Shown here in pieces: positions 48,627 through 58,598 of a stretch of DNA of 64,000 nt. The stretch's first letter is position 1. Every line of letters begins with the position of its first letter. The translations under genes were made by a program, and so were the position numbers. The notes beneath the pieces were generated by a model. The model searched no databases. It was not told the DNA's origin and worked only from the letters and a program-made list of their open reading frames with translations. The DNA comes from Candidatus Kerfeldbacteria bacterium (lineage in GTDB: Bacteria > Patescibacteriota > Patescibacteriia > UBA10025 > JAHIVO01), in the NCBI GenBank assembly GCA_016214565.1, contig JACROE010000002.1, positions 1,048,007 through 1,112,006 on the forward strand, in the 5' to 3' direction.

Positions 48627-49748
48627 ATGCAAACCTGTACTCGTTGTATCTACGATGATCATATACCGAATATTTCCTTTGACCACGAAGGTATTTGTAA
48701 TTACTGTCGTCAAATTGAGGTCCTAGAGCACGATTATCCAAATGGGAGGGTCGGTGAGGAAAAATTTTCTCAGATGGTAGAGGAAATCAAACGCGCGGGA
48801 AAAGGAAAAAAATATGATTGCATTATCGGTGTCAGCGGCGGATGCGATTCATCCTACCTCGTATATATTGCGAAGAAATATGGTCTGCGACCTTTAGCGG
48901 CTCATTTTGATAATACTTGGAATTCATCAATCGCAACTGATAACATCAAAAAGGTTCTAAAGAAACTCGATGTCGACTTATTTACCTATGTAATTGATAA
49001 TGATGAATTCAATGATCTAGCACATTCATTTTTAGACGCTTCAGTCCCCGAAATTGACTCGCTGTCCGATGTGGCACTGACGACCGTTCACTATATGGCG
49101 GCAGCAAAGTACAATATTAAATATATCCTTGATGGTCATAATTTTCGTACCGAGGGCATGACGCCGCTTGGGTGGTTTTACTTTGATGGCAAATACGTCT
49201 CCGATATTCATAAAAAATTTGGAAAGTTGCCAATGAAAACCTATCCTAACCTTTGGTTCCATAAATGGATGAAGTGGTTACTTATTAATCGACCTAAGCG
49301 GATCCGTCCGCTGTATTACCTCGACTATGATAAGGAAAAAGTGAAAGAATTCCTGACCAAAGAATTTGACTGGGAATGGTACCATGGACACCATATGGAA
49401 AATAAATACACACTTTTTTGTGATAATTACATAATGCCTCGAAAATTCAAAATCGACCTACGCTACGTCGAATTTTCAGCATTGATTCGTTCAGGACAAA
49501 TGACACGCGAACAGGCATTACTAGACATTCAAACCCCTCCGCCGGTGAGCGAAGAATTAATTACCGAGGTAAAAAAACGACTAAAGATTTCTGACAGTGA
49601 ATTTGACGCTATTATGTCAAAACCACTGAAAACAGCAAAAGACTACAAAACATACCATCAGCTATTTCGTTGGCTGAGACCATTTTTTTGGCTAATGCTC
49701 CAGGCCGACTTAATCCCCAAAAGCTTCTACATTAAATACACCAAATAA
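48627..49748 (+). CDS. N-acetyl-sugar amidotransferase (WbpG/WbuX/PseA family, PP-loop ATP pyrophosphatase) - acetamidino group formation
   Basis: N-terminal Cys cluster (CTRCIY...CNYC) and PP-loop SGGCDSS. 373 aa. Immediately followed by HisH- and HisF-like genes, as in characterised wbuXYZ and wbpG-hisH2-hisF2 loci. Confidence 0.75.
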   Translation: MQTCTRCIYDDHIPNISFDHEGICNYCRQIEVLEHDYPNGRVGEEKFSQMVEEIKRAGKGKKYDCIIGVSGGCDSSYLVYIAKKYGLRPLAAHFDNTWNSSIATDNIKKVLKKLDVDLFTYVIDNDEFNDLAHSFLDASVPEIDSLSDVALTTVHYMAAAKYNIKYILDGHNFRTEGMTPLGWFYFDGKYVSDIHKKFGKLPMKTYPNLWFHKWMKWLLINRPKRIRPLYYLDYDKEKVKEFLTKEFDWEWYHGHHMENKYTLFCDNYIMPRKFKIDLRYVEFSALIRSGQMTREQALLDIQTPPPVSEELITEVKKRLKISDSEFDAIMSKPLKTAKDYKTYHQLFRWLRPFFWLMLQADLIPKSFYIKYTK

Positions 49749-49752
49749 TCGC

Positions 49753-50388
49753 ATGCCGGGTATTGTCATCATTGATTATGACATGGGTAATGTCGGATCA
49801 ATCCGAAACATGTTCAAGAAAATTGGACACGACGTTACAATTTCCGCAAAATCAGAAGATATTCTCAATGCTACCGGCCTCATATTACCAGGCGTCGGCG
49901 CTTTTGATACTGGTATGGCTAGCCTTGCTGCTCGAAATATAATACCGCTGCTCAAAAAGCGAGCCCTTGACGATCATATTCCGGTCTTGGGCATTTGTCT
50001 TGGCATGCAACTATTAACTGACAGTAGTGAAGAAGGCTCTCTCCCCGGGCTCGGTTTAGTACCTGGCAAAACAATTAAATTCAATTTTACGAGTACTGAA
50101 AATAAATCACTCCGCATCCCCCACATGGGATGGAATACGACTACAGTGCAAAAAAAGAACCGGCTATTTACCGGGCTCGAAGCAGAATCCCGTTTTTACT
50201 TTGTCCACTCATACCACGTGGTCTGTGCCAACCAGGAAGATATATTGACCACGACACCGTACGGTTTTGAATTTTGTTCCTCATTACAAAAAAATAATAT
50301 ATATGGGGTACAATTTCACCCAGAAAAAAGTCACAAATTTGGGATGCAACTTCTTTCTAACTTTTTTAGTATTACTCAATCATTGTAA
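49753..50388 (+). CDS. HisH-like class I glutamine amidotransferase subunit (WbuY-type)
   Basis: 211 aa. IVIIDYDMGNVGSI, catalytic Cys in GICLGMQLL, and a His/Glu tail. Confidence 0.8.
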   Translation: MPGIVIIDYDMGNVGSIRNMFKKIGHDVTISAKSEDILNATGLILPGVGAFDTGMASLAARNIIPLLKKRALDDHIPVLGICLGMQLLTDSSEEGSLPGLGLVPGKTIKFNFTSTENKSLRIPHMGWNTTTVQKKNRLFTGLEAESRFYFVHSYHVVCANQEDILTTTPYGFEFCSSLQKNNIYGVQFHPEKSHKFGMQLLSNFFSITQSL

Positions 50389-50424
50389 AGACATTTCATA
50401 TCTTACCAGAAATAATTAGTTAAT

Positions 50425-51189
50425 ATGCTGCAAACCCGCGCCATCCCCTGCCTACTCAAAAAGGGTTCTTCGCTTGTAAAAACAAAACAATTTGGCGAAC
50501 TGCAATATATTGGAGATCCAGTCAATACCATCCAAATTTTCAATAATCTTGCTGCCGATGAAATTATTGTTCTGGATATAACTGCATCGGTAGAACGGAG
50601 ATCGCCTGACTTAGAATTTATCAGCCAATTGACAGATGAATGCTTTATGCCATTTGCATATGGTGGCGGTGTTCGTACCATTGATGACATGAAGCGAATT
50701 TTTAGCTTAGGGGTGGAAAAAATTATTATCTGCAGTTACGCGGTCGAATCGCCGCAGTTTATTAAAGACGCCGCCTTACAGTTTGGTAACCAAAGTATAA
50801 TTGTATCAATCGATGTCAAAAAAAATTTTCTTGGTAGATATCACGTATATACCCATTCTGCTACGATAGATACGAAACGTAATCCGGTTGATTTTGCGCA
50901 AGAGATGGAACGTTCAGGAGCTGGAGAAATTTTCTTGAATTCAATCAATAATGATGGCATGATGCATGGTTTTGACCTTGAGCTTATCAATGACATTTCA
51001 AAAGTAATAACGATACCACTGATTGCCTGTGGCGGAGCGGGCACGCTCGCTCACATCAAACAAGCTATTGACGCTGGCGCAACGGCAGTTGCTGCCGGTA
51101 GTTTATTTGTATATCAAAATGGTAACCGTGCCGTGCTTATTAATTACCCAGAACGTCAGGAATTAGATGCATTATTTCAGAATCAATGA
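50425..51189 (+). CDS. HisF-like cyclase subunit (WbuZ-type, TIM barrel)
   Basis: 254 aa with HisA/HisF (beta/alpha)8 signatures (AIPCLLLK..., DGMMHGFDLELI, GGAGT). Confidence 0.8.
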   Translation: MLQTRAIPCLLKKGSSLVKTKQFGELQYIGDPVNTIQIFNNLAADEIIVLDITASVERRSPDLEFISQLTDECFMPFAYGGGVRTIDDMKRIFSLGVEKIIICSYAVESPQFIKDAALQFGNQSIIVSIDVKKNFLGRYHVYTHSATIDTKRNPVDFAQEMERSGAGEIFLNSINNDGMMHGFDLELINDISKVITIPLIACGGAGTLAHIKQAIDAGATAVAAGSLFVYQNGNRAVLINYPERQELDALFQNQ

Positions 51190-52193
51190 AAATTTTACAT
51201 GCACCATTTAATGTAGCCGGACAGCCAGCAATAATAGCCGAGGCTCAACGTGCGCTGGGGCATACGAGTGATGTTTTGGTTTTTAATGATAATTATTTAC
51301 ACTATCATTATGACAAAAACCTTGCTGTTGCAGGTCGATCTACAATCCATAAAACCATTATTTATTTGACAAATCTCTTTGCTGCGCTTGCGCATTACGA
51401 TGTATTTCACTTTCATTTTGGTGGGAGTTTGCTCCCCTGGAACCTTGACCTTCAACTTGAACGTTTGCTTAGAAAGAAAGTGTTAATGCACTATTGGGGA
51501 TCAGATGTTATTCAAACAGACATTGCTCGCCACTACACTCTCTGGGGCCCAGAGTTACTAACAAAAATTTATCCTAATCGTAACGACGATTTACAAAGAA
51601 AAAAACTTAATAAAGTAAAACAAATTGTTAATAAAACTATTGTTGGCGACTTCTCATTATTAGCGTACTCACCTGACAGCATGGTCATTCGTCAGGCATT
51701 TAACTTATCCAACGTTCCTTTTGTCGGGGTGCTGTCAAAAAAGAACCGAATTAACATTGTTCATGCCCCAACTCATCGAGGAATCAAGGGTACCTCACAA
51801 ATAAATGCAGCGATGAAAATAATCTGCCAACGGTACCCCGTCGACTATCAGCTTATTGAACATAGGCCTCATAGCGAAGCCATGGCTTTATATGCCAAGG
51901 CGGATATTATAGTTGATGACCTGCTGCACGGACCGTATGGCATACTTGCGATTGAGTGCATGGCATTGGGCAAACCAGTTTTGGCGCGTATTGATAAAAA
52001 GCTAGTCCATTACTATCCGAATCTTCCTATTGTAAATTCAAACCCGGACACAATAGTCGACGACATAATACGCCTTATCACCAATTGGGATCTAAGAAAA
52101 AGTCTTGGAATAGCCGGACGAGAGTACGTCAAAAGACACCATAATGCGCACGCTATCGCCCAGCAACTAGTAGACTTGTATAAATCAATCTGA
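51186..52193 (+). CDS. putative GT-B (GT4-like) glycosyltransferase
   Basis: 335 aa. C-terminal GT4-type motif HGPYGILAIECMALGKPVLA (E-x7-E-like). Confidence 0.5.
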   Translation: MKILHAPFNVAGQPAIIAEAQRALGHTSDVLVFNDNYLHYHYDKNLAVAGRSTIHKTIIYLTNLFAALAHYDVFHFHFGGSLLPWNLDLQLERLLRKKVLMHYWGSDVIQTDIARHYTLWGPELLTKIYPNRNDDLQRKKLNKVKQIVNKTIVGDFSLLAYSPDSMVIRQAFNLSNVPFVGVLSKKNRINIVHAPTHRGIKGTSQINAAMKIICQRYPVDYQLIEHRPHSEAMALYAKADIIVDDLLHGPYGILAIECMALGKPVLARIDKKLVHYYPNLPIVNSNPDTIVDDIIRLITNWDLRKSLGIAGREYVKRHHNAHAIAQQLVDLYKSI

Positions 52194-53660
52194 GGGACCA
52201 ATAACAGAATTCTTACTCTTGCCTAATAAGCTTTTAAAAAAAGTGATTTCAGTTTTTGTGATTGCTTGCGTCATATAAATACCAGCACCATAGAATATGG
52301 TACTTAATACAACCGCAAGCACCAAGCTAAGTAATGAGTATGGTTGGAAAATAAGCAACATCAAGCCGAATAACCCACTAAGTGCCACGCTTTTTCCAAT
52401 AATGACCCAGTCAAAAGTGAAAGAAAGAAGTCGCTTTCCCTGAAAGTACAAAATAAAAAATACGATAGCGAAGGCAACTAATGTAGTCACCGCAGCTGCC
52501 CGAATCCCGTAGCGTGGCACCAACAGAAGATTTAACCCAATATTTATAACACCGGCAATAACCCATGCTTGGGCGATCTGACGTGTTTTTTTAAATAATG
52601 AGTATATTTCACTTATGATTGAGGTAAGACCGTAAAACAAAATTGCGATGGCGACATAGGGAGTAATCATATAGGCCTTTTCAGCGATTTCTGGTGTTGA
52701 TAGGACCAAAAGCAAAGGTTTTGCTAGCACTGAAAGACCAACAACTAATGGAATCCCAATAACCAAAAAATACTTAAATGAATAATGTATAAATGTACGA
52801 ACTTGATCTTCTCGCTTATTATCAAATGCGTCAGCCAAAAAAGGACTTAAAATAAACGCAAAAGGCTCTACCAACATAGATATCATGGTTCCAAGTGTAT
52901 AAGCTGGTGTATAAATACCGACCGCGCCAAGACCGAGGTAATAAGCAATAACATAACGATCACTTAATTGTACTGCCTTACCTGAAATATTTGACGGTAC
53001 TGAGGGTGTACTAAAATGCATATATTCGCGAATATGCCCAAACCGTGGGATTCCAATGCCAATATCTCTTACAATAAAATACGCGATAACAAAAAACTTT
53101 AAAAGTTTTAGTAAAAATAATCCAAATAGAATATCATAAATGTGATAACCACCGGTAACCATAAAGTAAATCAATATTAGTCCTCCATAACTTTCCGATA
53201 GAAAAAGAACTGAATATTTGACTGTTTGTTTAAAAGTACGAAAATACGCAAGCCCAAGTTGAATAATGGTAAATAAGATTAATGTTGCGCATAACAAATA
53301 TAAAAGTGATAGGCTCCCATCAAAAAAACGATCAGCCAAAAAGCTACCAAAGGTGACAATTAGCAAAACGGCGAGAACGGCTAATCCGAGCATAATTGCT
53401 AAAATGGAATAAAAACCTTCCCTGATTTTTTGTCTATCTCGTTCAGCGGCTAAAAAACGTGTCAATGCGCCGGTCAATCCAAGCGATATAATAGGAAATA
53501 AAAACTCCATACTTACTGTAAATTGAGACCACATACCATATTCAACAACACCAAGTATTTTTGTAATTAGGGGTAAAATAAAAATCGCCCGCAATCGAAT
53601 AAGTACTTGCAGTATGCCAACCAGGCTTAATTGTTTCGTAAATGATGAATACGTCGACAT
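52185..53660 (-). CDS. wzx: polysaccharide flippase (Wzx, MOP superfamily)
   Basis: 491 aa with ~14 TM helices in a Polysacc_synt-like topology. It sits in a GT-rich cluster. Confidence 0.65.
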   Translation of the reverse strand: MSTYSSFTKQLSLVGILQVLIRLRAIFILPLITKILGVVEYGMWSQFTVSMEFLFPIISLGLTGALTRFLAAERDRQKIREGFYSILAIMLGLAVLAVLLIVTFGSFLADRFFDGSLSLLYLLCATLILFTIIQLGLAYFRTFKQTVKYSVLFLSESYGGLILIYFMVTGGYHIYDILFGLFLLKLLKFFVIAYFIVRDIGIGIPRFGHIREYMHFSTPSVPSNISGKAVQLSDRYVIAYYLGLGAVGIYTPAYTLGTMISMLVEPFAFILSPFLADAFDNKREDQVRTFIHYSFKYFLVIGIPLVVGLSVLAKPLLLVLSTPEIAEKAYMITPYVAIAILFYGLTSIISEIYSLFKKTRQIAQAWVIAGVINIGLNLLLVPRYGIRAAAVTTLVAFAIVFFILYFQGKRLLSFTFDWVIIGKSVALSGLFGLMLLIFQPYSLLSLVLAVVLSTIFYGAGIYMTQAITKTEITFFKSLLGKSKNSVIGPSD

Positions 53661-53705
53661 ACGGGCATATCCTCTTAGACCATTCTATATTAGTATAGTC
53701 CATTT

Positions 53706-53720
53706 TTGAATGTTATTCAA
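53706..53720. repeat. perfect 6-bp inverted repeat TTGAAT-gtt-ATTCAA in divergent promoter region (possible operator)
   Basis: Seen directly in the wzx / GT4 intergenic region (53661-53809). Confidence 0.25.
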
Positions 53721-53809
53721 TTTGCTCGCCCTATGAAAAATGTCTAAGAAAATGCTATACTTAGTACGGCAATCCGAATAAAGAAGGGTATTTTATCATG
53801 TATTAAACT

Positions 53810-55039
53810 TTGCCTATGCCATCGGTCATGACATCAAAGTGTATATGCATCTTCGTGACAAACGACGTCACCCATGATTCCCGTGTACTTCGAACGGCAA
53901 GTTATTTCGCGTCCAAGGGACATACGGTAGAAATCATTGGCCTTACTTCAAAGCGAGAGGCTTTGACCGACGAATCGATTGATAGAAATACCCATATTCA
54001 TAGAGTCCCACGATATGACCAGCCAACGACTGAATCTAAAAACATTTTCAAAATTGCTAAATACTATTTGCCATTACTGTATACTGGAACAGAAAATACG
54101 CGTCGGATGCTCCAATATGCACGAACTCTTCAACCGAAGATCGTATACGCTAATGATCTCGACACTCTCCTTCTAGCTTATCGTTTTGCTCGTGCTTCGC
54201 GTGTACCGCTCATTCTTGATGCTCATGAAATACTTACGGAAACGATTTCTCAATCTAAACTTCCTTCTTATATCTCATGGGCTTTTAAAAAATATTATAC
54301 TTATATTGAAAAAAGATATTTGCCCAAAACACAATTACTTGTTACCGTTTGCAACTCTATCGCTGATTATTACCATAATAAATACCCAGGTCTTGCCATA
54401 CAGGTAATTAAAAATGTTCCTTCAAAATCATTAGTCCCCAAAAAAACAGAAAATTTACACGCCTTGTTTAAAATTCCTAATAATACAAAAATTGTATTAT
54501 ATCAAGGAAAATTTCTTCCTGGACGAGGAATTTTACAACTTATTGATGCAATAAGATTACTTCCTCAACAATACGTTCTTTGCTTAATTGGAGAAGGTTC
54601 GATGGAAAATGAGATGAAGAAACGAATTGATTTACTACAAATTACTTCGCGCGTTTTTTTTACAGGCCAATTGCCGATCGAAAAATTATTATCATACACT
54701 GCCGGTGCGTCTCTCGGTACAGTATTAATTGAAGATATTAATCTTAGTAAGCGCTTTGCACTCCCAAACAAGCTATTTGAGTACATGGCAGCGGGAATAC
54801 CTATACTTGGTTCTTCACTACCAGAAATAAAGCGCGTCATTTTAGATAATGCCTGCGGTCAGGTCATTGATAAACTTGACCCACAAACAATCGGAAATGC
54901 AATTGAAAATATATTGAACTCAACTAATCTATTTCGTTTAGGTAAAAATGGCCAAATCGCATTTCAAACCACCTATAATTGGGACTTAGAGTCAGTCAAA
55001 TTGCAATCAGTTATTGATACTTATACAAAATTTGAATAG
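53810..55039 (+). CDS. glycosyltransferase family 4
   Basis: 409 aa. GT4 motif RFALPNKLFEYMAAGIPILGS. Confidence 0.8.
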   Translation: MPMPSVMTSKCICIFVTNDVTHDSRVLRTASYFASKGHTVEIIGLTSKREALTDESIDRNTHIHRVPRYDQPTTESKNIFKIAKYYLPLLYTGTENTRRMLQYARTLQPKIVYANDLDTLLLAYRFARASRVPLILDAHEILTETISQSKLPSYISWAFKKYYTYIEKRYLPKTQLLVTVCNSIADYYHNKYPGLAIQVIKNVPSKSLVPKKTENLHALFKIPNNTKIVLYQGKFLPGRGILQLIDAIRLLPQQYVLCLIGEGSMENEMKKRIDLLQITSRVFFTGQLPIEKLLSYTAGASLGTVLIEDINLSKRFALPNKLFEYMAAGIPILGSSLPEIKRVILDNACGQVIDKLDPQTIGNAIENILNSTNLFRLGKNGQIAFQTTYNWDLESVKLQSVIDTYTKFE

Positions 55040-56195
55040 TTTTTTCAGCCGCCTTTTTCCAGCTATACTGTCTTTCAACAAGGTGTCTACCACGTTGACC
55101 CATCGCATTCCATTCATTGCGTCGGTTAATCATTTGAAGTAATGCATTTTTCAAAGCATTAACCGAATCATCCCCTGCAACAACCCCAGTATCGTATTTT
55201 TTTACTAGTTCACCTACGCCGGAAATACAAGTTGTTAATACGGGCTTTCCAGACGCTAGATACTCAAACAGCTTCAATGGTGATAGCCCAATTGACTCAT
55301 TACGCATCAAAGTAAACGGCGCCAAACAAACGTCAAAAGAAGCTACATACCGCGGGACATCATCATACGAGACCATACCGACAAAATTGTAAGAGCCCTT
55401 TGGTAAATACTGAGATGCAATTTCCTCCCATTGTGCTCGTGCAGGGCCGTCTCCCACAACGGCTAAAGACATATTACTACTCCAAGATTGTGCCAATGCA
55501 CGTATCATCTCCCCCATTCCCTGCCAAGGAGCACAATGTCCTACAAAACCAAACTTTATTTTTTCGCTCGATACCTTAAACTGGCTTGAAGTAATTGGCT
55601 TAAAGTGGTCTGTATTCACTCCATTTGGGACAACATAATAATTGTCGAGTATGTTGTATTCACGCTTAATCACTTCAGTTAATTTGGCGGTAACACATAT
55701 AAGAGCACAAGCTTTCTTAAAAAAATACCGTTCAATAAAAATATGTAGTCGAAGGGTAGCTGTAACAAAACGATTTTTACTAAAACGAGTCGCACCATGC
55801 TGAGCAAGTCCATTGACTTCGATAATAAACTTTTTTCGAAGGATGATATAAAAAATGGGGGCAAAACTCAGATAGCGCGATCGAATATAAATAATATCAG
55901 GCTTAAAAATGACGGCGTGCCAAACGCAAAATAAGTCATAAATGATTGACGAAAAAATGAACTTAAATTTACGTAACACGGAGAATGCCGTAATGCGACG
56001 TGTGCCGGGGACAAATACTACATGGGTATAATCGAGCGTCTTTTTAAATTGTTCATAAGCATTTCTGTCAGGCTGAGGAAATAATAACCGTACTGAATCG
56101 GTTAATGTATGTAAGTGATGCCGCCATACTTCAATCGTATGGGTTGAACCGGCATCTTCACCGAGATACACAAATGCATTAACTAAAATTCTCAT
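55011..56195 (-). CDS. glycosyltransferase family 4
   Basis: 394 aa. GT4 motif IGLSPLKLFEYLASGKPVLTT. Confidence 0.8.
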   Translation of the reverse strand: MRILVNAFVYLGEDAGSTHTIEVWRHHLHTLTDSVRLLFPQPDRNAYEQFKKTLDYTHVVFVPGTRRITAFSVLRKFKFIFSSIIYDLFCVWHAVIFKPDIIYIRSRYLSFAPIFYIILRKKFIIEVNGLAQHGATRFSKNRFVTATLRLHIFIERYFFKKACALICVTAKLTEVIKREYNILDNYYVVPNGVNTDHFKPITSSQFKVSSEKIKFGFVGHCAPWQGMGEMIRALAQSWSSNMSLAVVGDGPARAQWEEIASQYLPKGSYNFVGMVSYDDVPRYVASFDVCLAPFTLMRNESIGLSPLKLFEYLASGKPVLTTCISGVGELVKKYDTGVVAGDDSVNALKNALLQMINRRNEWNAMGQRGRHLVERQYSWKKAAEKTIQILYKYQ

Positions 56196-57811
56196 AATTG
56201 TGAAGCGACAAATAAGGAATAATCACCTTCTGAAAAAACTGGGGTAAGTTCCTTTGATCTGACAAGCTGGGAGTAGCGACCATACGCTCCATCAATTAAA
56301 TAAATTACGCCAGCTGTATCTATTATTTCTCGATTTTCCGAGTCTTCAAAATCAGTACTTTGAATTGGCGTATACATTAATGAGTTTAAGTCGTTTTCAC
56401 TAGCTACATAAATGCTATAAAAACTGATCGGATGAGAAATGAGAATGTCTTCAGGTTGTACATGAGTTGAAAGGTAGTTCACCAGCCCGACCGGTGGTTT
56501 TGTTATGACATTGCCACTAAAACCGATTATATTTGGGATTGAGGTTATAAATATTGCGCAGACCAATAGCGGAATAACTGATCTAAAAAGACGATAGTGC
56601 TGCATTTGATAAATCCCAAATACGGCAATAACTGGCCCAAGCACGGAAATATACAACATCGCCCGTGGCGAATTGCTTGATGGCTCAATCCCAAAATACG
56701 GACCAATCATGACAATAAACACGGAGAGAGAAATGGTCAAAGTAAACGGCAAAAAACGCGCATCAAGCAATTTCTTGGTAAATATCATCCCTAATATTGA
56801 GATTACACCAAGTAGCGCGATAATCGGGTTTACGCCAAGTCGCGATGCACCATTATCGAGAAAATATCGTGATAGATTTTGGTCAACTTTTTGGGTAAAC
56901 TGATCATACCGCCAATATTGTTCTGTAGTAACGACATGAAATATGTATGAATGAAAAAGAAACAATAAAACCGATATTCCAATAATAAAAGCAATAAGTG
57001 TTTGAAGCCGATGAATACCGAAGCGTTTATTAAGGATGTCACAGATTAGAACAAAAATTGAAAGACAAAAAGATAGTGCAAAAGGTATTTTAACGTAATT
57101 AAGCCAAAATAAATCACCATTAATTATAACTGTATTGTAATAACTTATAATTGAGGCAATGATCAGAGCCCCAGCGATTGTAATAAGATGTGAATATTTC
57201 TTTTGCCATATAAGAACGGGGATAATAAGCACAATCACTGAAAGTGCCATCGAACTGGTCAAGACATTAGTCAGTAATACGCAGCCTAAAATAATACCGC
57301 CCAAAACAATGCGTAGCCACGTGCGAAAATCAGAAATAAACTCAACGTAGACATATGAAGTAAATAATACAATAGAAAGATTCTCAGGTAAAAAAAGTGA
57401 AAAACGGCGTCCAACATAATAAGTTAAAACAGAAAATAGCACAACAATAAACCCCAAAATATTTGAAGTAAAGAGTTGTTTCCCAATCAAAAAAGAAACG
57501 GAACACAAAAGTAATAAAATAATGAAGCTGACAATATTTGCCAGCACCACATAATCAGTTACGCCGGTCATTTTTTGAATAACCGCTGAAAATGAGTACA
57601 ATAATGGTGGATACACAGAACGAATATTTCCCCAAAAATATGTATCGTGTATGAAAGTTTCTTCCGTACTGATCTTTTTAACTATGGTAAGGTGATATAA
57701 TGAGTCAAAACTTCCAGCCACATCGTTGTTTACAAAAAATAAACTAACAACCAGTATCGTAAGACTCGCCGCGATGGTGACAATAATAATTTTTTTTAAG
57801 TTAGCTCTCAT
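56192..57811 (-). CDS. large polytopic membrane protein (candidate Wzy-type polymerase or GT-C glycosyltransferase)
   Basis: 539 aa with ~14 TM helices and a C-terminal ~100-aa soluble domain. Very AT-rich. No unambiguous motif. Confidence 0.45.
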   Translation of the reverse strand: MRANLKKIIIVTIAASLTILVVSLFFVNNDVAGSFDSLYHLTIVKKISTEETFIHDTYFWGNIRSVYPPLLYSFSAVIQKMTGVTDYVVLANIVSFIILLLLCSVSFLIGKQLFTSNILGFIVVLFSVLTYYVGRRFSLFLPENLSIVLFTSYVYVEFISDFRTWLRIVLGGIILGCVLLTNVLTSSMALSVIVLIIPVLIWQKKYSHLITIAGALIIASIISYYNTVIINGDLFWLNYVKIPFALSFCLSIFVLICDILNKRFGIHRLQTLIAFIIGISVLLFLFHSYIFHVVTTEQYWRYDQFTQKVDQNLSRYFLDNGASRLGVNPIIALLGVISILGMIFTKKLLDARFLPFTLTISLSVFIVMIGPYFGIEPSSNSPRAMLYISVLGPVIAVFGIYQMQHYRLFRSVIPLLVCAIFITSIPNIIGFSGNVITKPPVGLVNYLSTHVQPEDILISHPISFYSIYVASENDLNSLMYTPIQSTDFEDSENREIIDTAGVIYLIDGAYGRYSQLVRSKELTPVFSEGDYSLFVASQL

Positions 57812-58598
57812 TCTTTTGGATCAGTACAAAATATTGGGAAGCGAAATGGTGCCCAAAAAATGTACGGTATACCCGTTCTATAATGCCATAGGCCTGCTTG
57901 TACAGACGGGGCAACCCCCCGGTTGAGGGAATGTGGTAACTGGGAATGCGGCGCACGATCGTCGCCGGAGCAACTAATTTCTGAAACTTACTGGCGGTAA
58001 AAATTTTTGGATTAATCGTGCCCTGGTCATGCCGATGGGTCGAAAATTTTGTTGCTTTTCGAACAAGTGGTCCAAACGCGGACAGACTGTGGTAATTGGT
58101 CATCTCGAGAATGACATATTTTTTTGAAACTCGCAGCATTTCAGCAACCGCTTTTCGGGGATCTTCTAAATGCATAATCACGTGTACCGAATAAACCACG
58201 TCAAACGTATTGTCAGCAAATGGCATGGCATACACATCTCCCTGAACCGGGGCTACACTCGCTTTCGCCTGAGCAATACTGAGCATTTCAGATGATTGAT
58301 CAAGTCCCGTTAAATTGGTGAAACCTGCCTGGTGTAACGTTTCCAAAAAACGACCAGTGCCACAACCAGCTTCAAGAATCTTCAATTGCCTGCCGCCAGC
58401 TGAGGCAAGTAGTTCCATCAACGCATCCGCTTGCTTCTGATGGATCATTCTGCCAAAATTGTCACGAAACCGGTGCTGGTCATATTGAACAGCCTCCTGG
58501 TCGTAGAATGAATTTATATATTGGTCATTCAGTTGCTTGCTCATATAGGGAGATATACCGCTTACCAATTTGGTCAAGATCAAATTGGGCCGATTCAA
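57801..58598 (-). CDS. class I SAM-dependent methyltransferase
   Basis: Motif I ILEAGCGTGRF and motif II FDVVYSVHVIMHL. The start may be an internal Met (58514), which would reduce the 74-nt overlap with the upstream GT4. Confidence 0.75.
   Translation of the reverse strand: MNRPNLILTKLVSGISPYMSKQLNDQYINSFYDQEAVQYDQHRFRDNFGRMIHQKQADALMELLASAGGRQLKILEAGCGTGRFLETLHQAGFTNLTGLDQSSEMLSIAQAKASVAPVQGDVYAMPFADNTFDVVYSVHVIMHLEDPRKAVAEMLRVSKKYVILEMTNYHSLSAFGPLVRKATKFSTHRHDQGTINPKIFTASKFQKLVAPATIVRRIPSYHIPSTGGLPRLYKQAYGIIERVYRTFFGHHFASQYFVLIQKNES

Noticed and set aside
49753-51189. hisH/hisF interpreted as histidine biosynthesis genes
   Set aside because: No hisA/B/C/D/G/I nearby. They immediately follow a WbuX/WbpG-type amidotransferase inside a glycan cluster, which is the known acetamidino-sugar triad.
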